Positions 22,940 through 36,080 of a stretch of 64,000 nt of DNA are shown in pieces (position 1 is the first letter of the stretch; every line of letters begins with the position of its first letter). The position numbers were made by a program, and so were the translations under genes. Where the stretch lies: positions 3,162,001-3,226,000 of the forward strand of contig NC_091284.1 in NCBI RefSeq assembly GCF_032444005.1, read 5' to 3'. Origin of the DNA: Ranitomeya imitator (Eukaryota). The notes beneath the pieces are model-generated. The model saw only the letters and a program-made list of their open reading frames with translations, was not told the DNA's origin and ran no database searches.

Positions 22940-24117
22940 TGATAGGAGACACAGGGATCGCCGTCCGCAGCAGTCTGTGACCTGTATGCCCACATTAATA
23001 GTTTACATAGCTCACATCTAGGGAGAGATTCAGGATCGCCATCCTCCGCAGTCTATGGCCTGTATGTCCATATTAATAGTTTACATATGTCACATGTGGG
23101 GACAGATTCAGGATCGCCGTCCTCTGCAGTCTATGGCCTCTTTGCCCATGTTAACAGTTTACATGGGTCACATGTGGGGACATATTCGGGATCGGCGGCG
23201 TCAACAATCCATGACCTGTATATCCATATTATTAGTTTACATGGATCACATGTCGGGACAGATTCGGGATCGCCGTCTTCGGCAGTCTATGGCCTGTATG
23301 CCCATATTAACAGTTTACATAGGTCACATGTGGAGACATATTCAGGATCGCCATCCTCAGCAGTCTATGGCCTCTTTGCCCATATTAACAGTTTACATAG
23401 GTCACATGTGGGGACCGATTCGGGATCGCCGTCCTCTGCAGTCTATGACCTGTATGCCCATATTAACAGTTTACATAGGTCACATGTGGGGACAGATTCA
23501 GGATCGCTGTCCTCTGCAGTCTATGGCCTGTATTCCCATATTAACAGTTTACATAAGTCACATGTGGAGACAAATTCAGGATCGCCGTCCTCAGCAGTCT
23601 ATGGCCTCTTTGCCCATATTAACAGTTTACGTAGGTCACGTGGGGACAGATTCGGGATCGCCGTCCTCTGCAGTCTATGGCCTGTATGCCCATATTAATA
23701 GTTTACATGGGTCACATGTGGAGACAAATTCAGGATCGCCGTCCTCAGCAGTCTATGGCCTCTTTGCCCATATTAACAGTTTACATAGGTCACATGTGGC
23801 GACAGATTCGGGATCACCGTCCTCAACAATCCATGACCTGTATACCCATATTATTAGTTTAAATGGGTCACATGTGGGGACAGATTTGGGATCGCCGTCC
23901 TCAACAATCCATGACCTGTATACCCATATTATTAGTTTACATGGGTCACATGTGGAGACAAATTCAGGATCGCCGTCCTCAGCAGTCTGTGGCCTCTTTG
24001 CCCATATTAACAGTTTACATGGGTCACGTGGGTACAGATTCGGGATCGCCGTCCTTGGCAGTCTATGACCTGTATGCCCATATTAATAGTTGACATGGGT
24101 CACATGTGGGGACAGAT
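22940..24117. repeat. 78-bp minisatellite, about 15 copies
   Basis: Period 78 at 23401/23479 (GTCACATGTGGGGACAGATTCAGGATCGCC...). Confidence 0.95.
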
Positions 24118-24984
24118 GCAACGTGTTGTGAGTCTATTTGTTTTTTTTGCCTTTTCTAGTCCAATCACTTGACCAAGTGTGCTCTCATCTGCCTCTGAAT
24201 GAGACTTTTTCTGGCCACGGTCGCTCGCACCTTGTTCATTCCTGGAGACAGGCGCTTACATTTTCACTATGTGGTTCCAAAGAATCTCCCAAAATGTAAG
24301 GAGTCGTAGATTGTAAATGTGGTCCCGTGTGCGTCAGATCTGACCATTGTGCTCCTCTGTAGGAACATGGCTGCTGCGGTGTCCGAGAAGCCGGCACTTG
24401 TAGGGTGCGGTGCTGGAGACCAGGATCAGGTTGTGTGGCCCATCACCATCCGGTTCTACCTGTTGGGACCAGTTTAGGCGATAGAGAGATCCACAGCCCA
24501 GATTTTTAGATGCAGGAAAAGTTTCCAGATGTCACAGCCTTCACTTCTCATGTGTTTGCTCTTTGCGGCGCGGACTCTGATCTTTCTGCCAGTGGCTTTA
24601 TTTCTGCTTCTCTCTGGGAGACTGAGCCGTCATCTTTGGCCACCGAATATTTCACGTTTTTTCTTCACCTTCATCCTTAATTCTGTACGGTGGTTGGTTC
24701 CTCCATGGAATAGATGTACTCTGATTCAAGAACAGATTCACTGCGGACAGAAAAGGTGCCAGTCAGTGCGAGAGGCCACATCTCCATCCTGAGGCCGTGT
24801 CTCCTCTGCAGAATAAGGGTACATTAATGGCGGCAGGTCCTCGCCAAGTCTGTAAGGTGCAGACCTTGTACACGATGTGGTACAGACCTGGGAACGATAA
24901 GACGTTAGAATAATGCAGAGCGTGAAGCCAGATGTCCTCTGATGTAGACCAGTAATGGAAGGAGGCGTCACGCTGCTGATATCC

Positions 24985-25765
24985 AGTCCTGTCATCCGCT
25001 GCCGATGTCCACTCCTGTCATCCGCTGCTGGTGTCCACTACTGGCATCCACTCCTGATGTCCACTACTGCCATCCACTCCTGATGTCCACTACTGGCATC
25101 CATTCCTCATATCCACTACTGGCATCCATTCCTGATGTCCACTACTGGCATCCATTCCTCATATCCACTACTGGCATCCACTCCTGATGTCCACTACTGG
25201 CATCCACACCTGTCATTGGCTGCCGGCGTCCACTCCTGTCATCCGCTGCCTGTGTCCACTACTGGCATCCATTCCTCATATCCACTACTGGCATCCACTC
25301 CTGATGTCCACTACTGGCATCCACACCTGTCATTGGCTGCCGGCGTCCACTCCTGTCATCCGCTGCCTGTGTCCACTACTGGCGTCCATTCCTCATATCC
25401 ACTACTGGCATCCACTCCTGATGTCCACTACTGGCATCCATACCTGTCATTGGCTGCCGGCGTCCACTACTGCCATCTACTCCTGATGTCCACTCCTGTC
25501 ATCCGCTGCCGGTCTCCACTACTGGCATCCATTACTCATATCCACTACTGGCATCCACACCTGTCATTGGCTGCCGGCGTCCACTTCTGATGTCCGCTGC
25601 CGTTGTCCACTAATGGCATCCATTCCTCATATCCACTACTGGCATCCACTCCTGATTGTCCACTACTGGCATCCACTCCTGTCGCCCGCTGCTGGTGTCC
25701 ACTACTAGCAACCACTCCTGATGTCCGCGGCTGTCCTCCACTCATGACGTCTGCTGCCGGCGTCC
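24985..25765. repeat. Complex short-unit array (ATCCACTACTGGC / ATCCACTCCTGATGT) with ~117-bp higher-order unit
   Basis: The CCACACCTGTCATTGGCTGCCGGCG marker recurs at 25204, 25321 and ~25438. Confidence 0.9.
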
Positions 25766-26094
25766 ACTGCTTCGCTCAGCCAAGTCATGGCCAACACACA
25801 TTCGCAGTAAGGATCCTTTACTGTTCCTTCTCCCATCATGTAAATACTTTCAGAATCTGACTTATATCTCTTTGGAGAGAACTGTGCATTGTTCATGCTG
25901 CGGCCGCAGGTGTCGCGGCTTCACAGTGGATTTCTTCCCATTTGTTGTAGTTGTGCTCAGATCCATGTAGAAGATCTGACACTGAGAATTGGCGCTAGTG
26001 AGCAGATTGCAGCTCAGACCCCGAGGTTATTGTAGGTAGGTACTTTTACTACACCTGAGGCCGCAGCAATACAAGAGGCTCCATATTGGTGCAC

Positions 26095-27545
26095 TCCTGT
26101 ATTAGGCTCCATAGTGGTTCGCTCCTGTATTGGGCTCCACAGCGGCGCGTTCCCATATTGAGCTCCACAGTGGCGCGTTCCCATATTGAGCTCCACAGCG
26201 GCACGCTCCCGTTTTAGGCTCCACAGCGACGCGTGCCCATATTGAGCTCCACAGCGGCACGCTCCCAGATTGGGCTCCACAGCAGCGCGCTCCCAGATTG
26301 GGCTCCACAGCAACGCGCTCCTGTTTTAGGCTCCACAGCAGCGCACTCCCAGATTGGGCTCCACAGCGGCGCGCTCCCAGATTGGGCTTCACAGCAGCGC
26401 GCTCCCAGATTGGGCTCCACAGCAACGCGCTCCTGTTTTAGGCTCCACAGCAGCGCACTCCCAGATTGGGCTCCACAGCGGCACGCTCCCAGATTGGGCT
26501 TCACAGCAGCGCGCTCCCAGATTGGGCTCCACAGCAACGCGCTCCTGTTTTAGGCTCCACAGCAGCGCACTCCTGGATTGGGTTCCACAGCGGCGCGTTC
26601 CCATATTGAGCTCCACAGCGACGCGCTCCCAGATTGGGCTCCACAGCGGCGCACTCCTGTTTTAGGCTCCACAGCGGCACGCTCCCGTTTTAGGCTCCAC
26701 AGCGACATGCTCCGAGATTAGGCTCCACAGCGGCACGCTCCCGTTTTAGGCTCCACAGCGACATGCTCCCAGATTAGGCTCCACAGCGGCGCACTCCTGT
26801 TTTAGGCTCCACAGCGGCGCGCTACCGTATTGGGCTCCACAGTGGCGCTCTCCCAGATTGGGCTCCATAGCGACGCGCTCCCGTTTTAGGCTCCACGGCA
26901 GCGCTCTCCCGGATTAAGCTCCACAGCGGCACGCTCCCAGATTGGGCTCCACAGCGGCGCGCTCCTGTTTTAGGCTCCACAGCGGTGCGCTCCCAGATTG
27001 GGCTCCACAGCAGCGCTCTCCCGGATTAGGCTCCACAGCGGCACGCTCCCAGATTGGGCTCCACAGCGGCGCGCTCCTGTTTTAGGCTCCACAGCGGTGC
27101 GCTCCCATATTGGGCTCCACAGCAGCGCACTCCCGGATTGGGCTCCACAGCGACGTGCTCCCAGATTGGGCTCCACAGCGGCACGCTCCCAGATTGGGCT
27201 CCACAGCGACACGCTCCTCATTGGCTCCACAGTGACGGTCTCCCAGATTGGGCTCCACAGCGGCACGCTCCCAGATTGGGCTCCACAGCGACACGCTCCT
27301 CATTGGCTCCACAGTGACGGCCTCCCAGATTGGGCTCCACAGCGGCGCACTCCCGGACTGGGCTCCACAGCGACACGCTCCTCATTGGCTCCACAGTGAC
27401 GGTCTCCCAGATTGGGCTCCACAGCGGCGCACTCCCGGATTGGGCTCCATAGCGACGCGCTCCCGTTTTAGGCTCCACAGCAGCGCTCTCCCGGATTGGG
27501 CTCCACAGCGACGTGCTCCCGTTTTAGGCTCCATATTGGTGTGCT
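26095..27545. repeat. 28-bp minisatellite (GGCTCCACAGCGGCACGCTCCCAGATTG)
   Basis: Period 28 at 26461/26489. Confidence 0.96.
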
Positions 27546-28399
27546 CCTGTATTAGGCTCAGTGCTGTCACACCTCGGCTCTATCATTCAGCCAGGGCTTG
27601 CAGCAGTGCTCATGGATCTTCAGCCACCTCAGTACTTGGGACGTGGTACATGACTAAAGTAAGTCTCTTGTCTTAGCAATATGTGACCCCGACAAGTGTC
27701 CTTCAGCGGGCCCAAGGTTTGCCATGTATAGAAGACAGGACAGGAGGAAACGGGAGCACATCAGTGTCTACAGGAACTGTAAAATAACAAATGGATTGGG
27801 GACCAGACTGTGAACTTTCCTCTGCAGCTGGGTAAAGAAAAGTCTCTGGTGAGCTCCACCGTCTCCTCAGAGCCACAAACACCAAGAACAAAAAACCATG
27901 AACAATTAATGTCGAAACCCAGAGACGAGAACAATGCAGAAACGAAAGGTAAAACACAAGAGAGACAACCTGGGCCTACTGCCACCTAGTGACCCCATCT
28001 GCATCTCCTCCAAGATTGGCGTCCGGACCCTCCTTAGGATCCTCCACAGCCTCAGAGCCACTCTGCTTCCAAAGGAATATATATCTGAACCCATACTGTC
28101 AGCCAGTGTTTAACATATCTGCTGGGGATGGGGTGCCCCCATTGTCTGGACCACACACAAAATAAGGCCCAGTTTCACAGGGGCAACACCAGGGCGGAGG
28201 TCCACACTTCTCATGTCAGGTTTTGTAGCACATGGATGACAATGGACGGGCCTCACTTGGTGATTTACCAATGTTTTTCATCCATACCCACTAGAGACGA
28301 TGTCTCTGTCCTGTCCAATCTGGTGATTGCTGAATGCAACCAAGAATTCTCCCATTTTCATTCTGAATTTTCCACCAACCAAGGTGGACGTAGTGCCCC

Positions 28400-29335
28400 A
28401 GGAGTCCACCACTGCTACTGTACGCGTCCTAAAGAATACTGTGCAACAACCGGCACATGTCTATATTCACTCCAGCAACATGTAGGTGACTTAGAGAACA
28501 GGAGGAATAATCTGGGGATTCGGGGTGTGCCGGAGTCAGTCTTCACAGCTGACATCCCCTCTGTTCTTCTATTTCCAATGAGCTTCTTGGCCGCCCACTG
28601 TGATCCCCAATAAAATCTGACAGAGCCCTGTATCTTCCAGATCCCAAGACTCTCGCCCAAGGAACATGACATGCCATATCAGTTGCTTTGCAATTGAGGA
28701 ATCCATTCCACGAGAGGCTCACGATAAGCCAAATTTACACCAAACCAATTGGGATAACACCAGCCTGTCCTGACAGACTCTGGACAACGTTCAGCTCTCT
28801 ATACTCAGCTGGACAAGCTGCAGGATAAGGGAAATCCCTTCTGTTTGGGGTTACACCTTCCCCAGTAGTGCACAAAGACACCCACACTCTCCCTCTGCGT
28901 TCCCCAGAAGATTCACCAACCTTCTTATATCAACTGGACTTTCCAAACATCGCCCTAACTGGTCACACCTGACAGTCATCGTCTCAGTAACTGGGAGGAG
29001 ATGAAAGGAATCGTCCACTCCATCATCCCCATAAATCACACACACAAATTGTTCATTGCACTACTGACACAGAAGCTAAATATTTTCTTCCATCTTGATG
29101 GTCAAAGTTTCACAAGTCAGGAGCAAGCCATGTTTATCCTTAAACTGATGGATTCTGCCATTGCTTCGAGGAACAGTCCTGCTTTGCGGAGACTAGGATG
29201 TGACACTTGACCCGTCACCGGGTCACTCATGCAGCAGATCCCAGCTCTCCGATAGGGATCATAGTTTACCTTACTCCACAAAACTCTTACAGCCACTTAG
29301 ACCACGTTACCTACACATTCTGCCACATGCTCGCT
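28400..29335 (+). mobile_element. Degraded L1-clade LINE remnant (ORF1p and possible start of the endonuclease)
   Basis: DLENRRNNLGIRGVPE (~28488-28535) matches the L1 ORF1p DLENRSRRNNIRI.G.PE motif. EIPSVWGYTF and LRSPED (~28835-28910) resemble the ORF1p C-terminal I.YRWGFPF...LR.PED. Multiple frameshifts. Confidence 0.7.
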
Positions 29336-29339
29336 GTGT

Positions 29340-29409
29340 CCCCTCAAATAACATATGGAAGAAGCGGCTCTGCTCAGATGAGACCAAAGGAGAACTTTTT
29401 GGCCTAAAT
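29340..29409 (+). mobile_element. Tc1 transposase fragment, left half (split by the L2 insertion)
   Basis: NIWKKRLCSDETKGELFGL corresponds to Tc1 .WKKVLWSDETK.ELFGL and continues at 36626. Confidence 0.75.
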
Positions 29410-29631
29410 TATTATTATACATTTTTATAGCGCCATTTATTCCATGGCGCTTTACATGTGAAAAGGGGGCAAATATAAACAAGTACAATAAACATGAGCA
29501 AAAAACAAGGCACACAGGTACATAAGGAGGGAGGATCCTGCCCGTGAGGGCTCACAGTCTGTAGGGATGGGTGAGGATACAGGAGGAGAGAGGACCCTGC
29601 CCGCGAGGGCTCACAATCTACAGGGGATGGG

Positions 29632-30438
29632 TGTTGTGAATTCTGTTGTCGGGCTCCCTCCTGTGGTCATGAATGGTACTTCGGCTGGTTCTGTCCATGG
29701 ACTTCCTCTGGTGGGTGTTTCTGAGTTTCCTTCCACAGGTGAAGAGGTTAATTCGTTAGCTGGCTGCTCTATTTAACTCCACTTAGATCTTTGCTCCATG
29801 CCACCTGTCAATGTTCCAGTATTGGTCTAGTTCGCTCCTGGATCGTTCTTGTGACCTGTCTTCCCAGCAGAAGCTAAGTTTCCTGCTTGTATTTCTTTGG
29901 TTTGCTATTTTTCTGTCCAGCTTGCTATTTTTATTGTTGTCTTGCTTGCTGGAAGCTCTGGGACGCAGAGGGAGCCCCTCCGCACCGTGAGTCGGTGCGG
30001 AGGGTCTTTTTGCGCCCTCTGCGTGGTCTTTTTGTAGGTTTTTGTGCTGACCGCAAAGCAACCTTTCCTATCCTCAGTCTGTTCAGTTAGTCGGGCCTCG
30101 CTTTGCTAAATCTATTTCATCTCTGTGTTTGTATTTTCATCTTACTCACAGTCATTATATGTGGGGGACTGCCTTTTCCTTTGGGGAATTTCTCTGAGGC
30201 AAGGTAGGCTTTATTTTTCTATCTTCAGGGCTAGCTAGTTCCTTAGGCTGTGCCGAGTTGCATAGGGAGCGTTAGGAGCAATCCACGGCTATTTCTAGTG
30301 TGGGTGATAGGATTAGGGATTGCGGTCAGCAGAGTTCCCATGTCCCAGAGCTCGTCCTTTATTATCAGTGACTATCAGGTCATTCCGTGTGCTCTTAACC
30401 ACCAGGTCCATTATTGTCCTGACCACCAAGTCATAACA
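29632..30438 (+). repeat. 5' LTR of chromovirus
   Basis: Direct repeat of 34972-35778, about 15 substitutions counted by eye; TATA-like TATTTAA 29770-29776. Confidence 0.96.
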
Positions 30439-30574
30439 GTACAGGTGGCCCAAAGTATTAATGCATCTCAATAGAGGGATAAGAGAAGTTCTGAGACCAT
30501 TTTTTTTTCTTTGCAGTGTGTTTTGTCTCTCTTTTCCCCTTTACCTCTGGGTGGTTCAGGATACAGGTGTAGAT

Positions 30575-33500
30575 ATGGACATTCAAGGTCTGTCCTCTTT
30601 GATGGATAATCTCACTACAAGGGTACAAAACATTCAAGATTTTGTGGTTCAGAATCCGATGTCAGAGCCTAGGATTCCAATTCCTGATTTGTTTTTTGGT
30701 GATAGATCTAAGTTCTTGAATTTCAAAAATAATTGTAAATTGTTTCTTGCCTTGAAACCTCGCTCCTCAGGTGACCCTGTTCAACAAGTTAAGATCAATA
30801 TTTCTTTGTTACGTGGTGACCCTCAAGACTGGGCATTTTCCCTTGCGCCAGGAGATCCGGCATTGCGTGATGTTGATGCGTTTTTCCTGGCGCTTGGATT
30901 GCTTTATGACGAACCTAATTCAGTGGATCAGGCAGAGAAAATCTTGCTGGCTCTGTCAGGGTCAAGATGAAGCGGAGGTATATTGTCAGAAGTTTAGAAA
31001 GTGGTCTGTGCTCACTCAGTGGAATGAATGTGCCCTGGCAGCAATCTTCAGAAAGGGTCTCGCTGAAGCCCTTAAAGGGAACCTGTCACCTGAATTTGGC
31101 GGGACTGGTTTTGGGTCATATGGGCGGAGTTTCGGGTGTTTGATTCACCCTTTCCTTACCCGCTGGCTGCATGCTGGCTGCAATATTGGATTGAAGTTCA
31201 TTCTCTGTCCTCCATAGTACACGCCTGCGCAAGGCAAGATTGCTTTGCGCAGGCGTGTACTATGGAGGACAGAGAATGAACTTTAATCCAATATTGTAGC
31301 CAGCATGCAGCCAGCGGGTAAGGAAAGGGTGAATCAAACACCCGAAAACTCCGCCCATATGACCCAAAACCAGTCCCGCCAAATTCAGGTGACAGAGTCC
31401 CTTTAAGGATGTCATGGTGGGATTTCCCATGCCTGCTGGTCTGAATGAGTCTGTCTTTGGCCATTCAGATCGATCGACGCTTGCGTGAGCGTAAAGCTGT
31501 GCACCATTTGGCGGTACTATCTGAGCATGGGCCTGAGCCTATGCAATGTGATAGGACTTTGACCAGAGTTGAACGGCAAGAACACAGACGTCAGAATGGG
31601 CTATGTTTTTACTGTGGTGATTCCACTCATGCTATCTCCGATTGTCCTAAGCACACTAAGCGGTTCGCTAGATCTGTCTCCATTGGTACGGTACAGTCTA
31701 AATTTCTATTGTCCGTTACTCTGATTTGCTCTTTGTCATCCTATTCTGTTATGGCATTTGTGGATTCAGGCGCTGCCCTGAATTTGATGGGTTTAGAGTT
31801 TGCTAGGCGTTGTGGTTTTTTCTTGGAGCCCTTGCAGTATCCTATTCCATTGAGAGGAATTGATGCTACGCCTTTGGCCAAGAATAAGCCTCAGTACTGG
31901 ACGCAATTGACCATGTGCATGGCTCCTGCACATCAGGAGGATATCCGCTTTCTGGTGTTGCATAATCTGCATGATGTGGTCGTTTTGGGGTTGCCATGGC
32001 TACAGGTCCATAATCCAGTATTGGACTGGAAATCTATGTCTGTGTCCAGCTGGGGTTGTCAGGGGGTACATGGTGATGTTCCATTTTTGTCTATTTCGTC
32101 TTCCACTCCTTCTGAAGTTCCAGAGTTTTTGTCGGATTATCGGGATGTATTTGATGAGCCCAAAGCCAGTGCCCTACCTCCTCATAGGGATTGCGATTGT
32201 GCAATTAATTTGATTCCTGGTAGTAAGTTTCCTAAGGGCCGATTGTTCAATTTATCTGTGCCAGAACACGCCGCTATGCGGAGTTATATAAAGGAATCCT
32301 TGGAGAAAGGCCATATTCGCCCGTCGTCATCACCGTTAGGAGCAGGGTTCTTTTTTGTGGCCAAGAAGGATGGTTCTTTGAGACCTTGTATTAATTACCG
32401 CCTTCTTAATAAAATTACAGTCAAATTTCAGTATCCTTTGCTGTTGCTGTCTGATTTGTTTGCTCGTATTAAAGGGGCTAGTTGGTTCACCAAGATAGAT
32501 CTTCGAGGGGCGTATAATCTTGTGCGTATTAAACAAGGCGATGAATGGAAAACAGCATTTAATACGCCCGAGGGCCATTTTGAGTACCTGGTTATGCCAT
32601 TCGGGCTTTCCAATGCTCCATCAGTGTTTCAGTCCTTTATGCATGACATCTTCTGAGAGTACCTGGATAAATTCCTGATTGTGTATTTGGATGATATTTT
32701 GGTCTTTTCGGATGATTGGGAGTCTCATGTGAAGCAGGTCAGAATGGTGTTCCAGGTCCTTCGTGCGAATTCCTTGTTTGTGAAGGGGTCAAAGTGTCTC
32801 TTTGGAGTTCAGAAGGTTTCATTTTTGTGGTTCGTTTTTTCCCCTTCTACTATCGAGATGGACCCTGTTAAAGTCCAGGCCATTTACGATTGGACTCAGC
32901 CGACATCTGTGAAGAGCCTGCAAAAGTTCCTGGGCTTTGCTAATTTTTATCGGCGCTTCATCGCTAATTTTTCTACTGTTGCTAAACCGTTGACTGATTT
33001 GACCAAGAAGGGTGCTGATGTGGTCAATTGGTCTTCTGCAGCTGTAGAGGCTTTTCAGGAGTTGAAGCGTCGTTTTTCTTCTGCCCCTGTGTTGTGCCAG
33101 CCAGATGTTTCGCTCCCGTTTCAGGTTGAGGTTGATGCTTCTGAGATTGGAGCAGGGGCTGTTTTGTCGCAAAAAAGTTCTGATGGCTCGGTGATGAAGC
33201 CATGTGCCTTATTTTCCAGGAAGTTTTCGCCTGCTGAGCGTAATTATGATGTTGGTAATCGAGAGTTGTTGGCCATGAAGTGGGCATTCGAGGAGTGGCG
33301 TCATTGGCTTGAAGGAGCCAAGCATCGCGTGGTGGTCTTGACAGATCACAAGAATTTGACTTATCTTGAGTCTGCCAAACGGTTGAATCCGAGACAGGCT
33401 CGATGGTCGTTATTTTTCTCCCGTTTTGATTTTGTGGTTTCGTACCTTCCGGGCTCTAAGAATGTGAAGGCTGATGCCCTGTCAAGGAGTTTTGTGCCTG

Positions 33501-34979
33501 ACTCTCCGGGTGTTCCTGAGCCGGCGGGTATTCTCAAAGAGGGGGTAATTTTGTCTGCCATCTCCCCTGATTTGCGGCGGGTGCTGCAAAAATTTCAGGC
33601 TGATAGACTTGACCGTTGCCCAGCGGAGAAACTGTTTGTCCCTGATAGATGGACTAGTAGAGTTATCTCTGAGATTCATTGTTCAGTGTTGGCTGGGCAT
33701 CCTGGAATCTTTGGTACCAGAGATTTGGTGGCTAGATCCTTTTGGTGGCCTTCTTTGTCACGGGATGTGCGTTCTTTTGTGCAGTCCTGTGGGACTTGTG
33801 CTCGGGCTAAGCCCTGCTGTTCTCGTGCCAGTGGGTTGCTTTTGCCCTTGCCGGTCCCGAAGAGGCCCTGGACGCATATTTCTATGGATTTTATTTCGGA
33901 TCTCCCCATCTCTCAAAAGATGTCGGTCATTTGGGTGGTTTGTGATCGCTTTTCTAAGATGGTCCATTTGGTACCTTTGTCTAAATTGCCTTCCTCCTCT
34001 GATTTGGTGCCATTATTTTTCCAGCATGTGGTTCGTTTACATGGTATCCCGGAAAACATCGTTTCTGACAGAGGTTCCCAGTTTGTTTCGAGGTTTTGGC
34101 GATTCTTTTGTGCTAGGATGGGCATTGATTTGTCTTTTTCCTCGGCTTTCCATCCTCAGACAAATGGCCAAACCGAACGAACTAATCAGACTTTGGAAAC
34201 ATATCTGAGATGCTTTGTTTCTGCTGATCAAGATGATTGGGTGTCCTTTTTGCCGTTGGCTGAGTTCGCCCTTAATAATCGGGCCAGCTCGGCTACTTTG
34301 GTTTCGCCGTTTTTCTGCAATTCTGGTTTCCATCCTCGTTTCTCTTCAGGGCAGGTTGAGTCTTCAGACTGTCCTCGTGTAGATACTGTGGTGGACAGGT
34401 TGCAGCAGATTTGGACTCATGTGGACTCATGTGGTGGACAATTTGACATTGTCCCAGGAGAAGGCTCAACGTTTTGCTAACCGCCGGCGCTATGTGGGTC
34501 CCCGACTTCGTGTTGGGGATTTGGTTTGGTTGTCGTCTCGTTATGTTCCTATGAAGGTTTCCTCTCCTAAGTTTAAGTCTCGTTTCATTGGTCCATATAA
34601 GATTTCTGAGGTTATCAATCCTGTGTCATTTCGTTTGGCCCTTCCTGCTTCTTTTGCCATCCATAATGTGTTCCATAGGTCGTTATTGTGGAGATACGTG
34701 GCGCCTGTGGTTCCCTCCGTTGATCCTCCTGCCCCGGTGTTAGTTGAGGGGAAGTTGGAGTATGTGGTGAAGATTTTGGACTCTCGTATTTCGAGACGGA
34801 AACTCCAGTACCTGGTCAAGTGGAAGGGTTATGGTCAGGAAGATAATTCCTGGGTTTTTGCCTCTGATGTTCATGCTGCCGATCTGGTTCGTGCCTTTCA
34901 TGTGGCTCATCCTGGTCGGCTTGGGGGCTCTGGTGAGGGTTCGGTGACCCCTCCTCAAGGGGGGGGGGTACTGTTGTGA
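30575..34979 (+). pseudogene. Disrupted gag-pol of the chromovirus
   Basis: Gag MDIQGLSSLMD...; zinc knuckle [14 protein letters not shown]; protease FVDSGA; RT YLDD; RNase H EVDASEIG; integrase GHPG..C..C and DFI; chromodomain KLQYLVKWKGYGQEDNSW. Lesions: frameshifts ~30955 and ~31452, MITE 31076-31402, TGA 32654-32656, 10-bp duplication ~34412-34431. Confidence 0.95.
31076..31402. mobile_element. 327-bp near-perfect palindromic MITE with TTAA target-site duplication (T2/Kolobok-type termini) inside gag
   Basis: TTAA|AGGGAACCTGTCACC...GGTGACAGAGTCCCT|TTAA; arms are inverted almost to the centre. Removing it restores GAA GCC CTT AAG GAT (EALKD). Confidence 0.93.
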
Positions 34980-35778
34980 ATTCTGTGGTCGGGCTCCCTC
35001 CTGTGGTCATGAATGGTACTTTGGCTGGTTCTGTCCATGGACTTCCTCTGGTGGGTGTTTCTGAGTTTCCTTCCACACGTGATGAGGTTAATTCGTTAGC
35101 TGGCTGCTCTATTTAACTCCACTGGGATCTTTGCTCCATGCCACCTGTCAATGTTCCAGTATTGGTCTAGTTCACTCCTGGATCGTTCTTGTGACCTGTC
35201 TTCCCAGCAGAAGCTAAGTTTCCTGCTTGTATTTCTTTGGTTTGCTATTTTTCTGTCCAGCTTGCTATATTTATTGTTGTCTTGCTTGCTGGAAGCTCTG
35301 GGACGCAGAGGGAGCGCCTCCGCACCGTGAGTCGGTGCGGAGGGTCTTTTTGCGCCCTCTGCGTGGTCTTTTTGTAGGTTTTTGTGCTGACCGCAAAGCA
35401 ACCTTTCCTATCCTCAGTCTGTTCAGTTAGTCGGGCCTCGCTTTGCTAAATCTATTTCATCTCTGTGTTTGTATTTTCATCTTACTCACAGTCATTATAT
35501 GTGGGGGGCTGCCTTTTCCTTTGGGGAATTTCTCTGAGGCAAGGTAGGCTTTATTTTTCTATCTTCAGGGCTAGCTAGTTCCTTAGGCTGTGCCGAGTTG
35601 CATAGGGAGCGTTAGGAACAATCCACGGCTATTTCTAGTGTGGGTGATAGGATTAGGGATTGCGGTCAGCAGAGTTCCCACGTCCCAGAGCTCGTCCTTT
35701 ATTATCAGTGATTATCAGGTCATTCCGTTTGCTCTTAACCACCAGGTCCATTATTGTCCTGACCACCAGGTCATAACA
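34972..35778 (+). repeat. 3' LTR of chromovirus
   Basis: Direct repeat of the 5' LTR, preceded by the PPT and followed by the TSD. Confidence 0.96.
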
Positions 35779-36080
35779 ATGGGTGAGGATACAGGAGGAG
35801 AGAGGACCCTGCCCGCGAGGGCTCACAATCTACAAGGGATGGGTGAGGATACAGGAGGAGAGAGGACCCTGCCCGCGAGGGCTCACAATCTACAAGGGAT
35901 GGGTGAGGATACACTAGGAGGGAGGACCCTGCCCGCGAGGGCTCACAATCTACAAGGGATGGGTGAGGATACAGGAGGAGAGAGGACCCTGCCCGCGAGG
36001 GCTCACAATCTACAAGGGATGGGTGAGGATACAGGAGGAGAGAGGACCCTGCCGGCGAGGGCTCACAGTCTGCAGGGATG
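35779..36080 (-). repeat. 60-bp VNTR of the L2 3' UTR (5 copies here, ~2 more left of the Gypsy)
   Basis: Unit GGGTGAGGATACAGGAGGAGAGAGGACCCTGCCCGCGAGGGCTCACAATCTACAAGGGAT; reverse complement of the 55887-58203 unit. Confidence 0.93.

Larger units (their letters stand above)
29632..35778 (+). mobile_element. Full-length Ty3/Gypsy chromovirus (Sushi/Tf1-like) LTR retrotransposon, 6147 bp, inactivated
   Basis: 807-bp LTRs (29632-30438, 34972-35778) with TGTTGTGA...TCATAACA ends. 5-bp TSD ATGGG (29627-29631, 35779-35783); G-rich PPT 34957-34970. Domain order gag-PR-RT-RH-INT-chromodomain. Confidence 0.97.

Noticed and set aside
24120-24760. Minus-strand Tc1/mariner transposase remnant
   Set aside because: Only vague motif echoes (DEST-like, WP..PD-like); too degenerate to call without an alignment.
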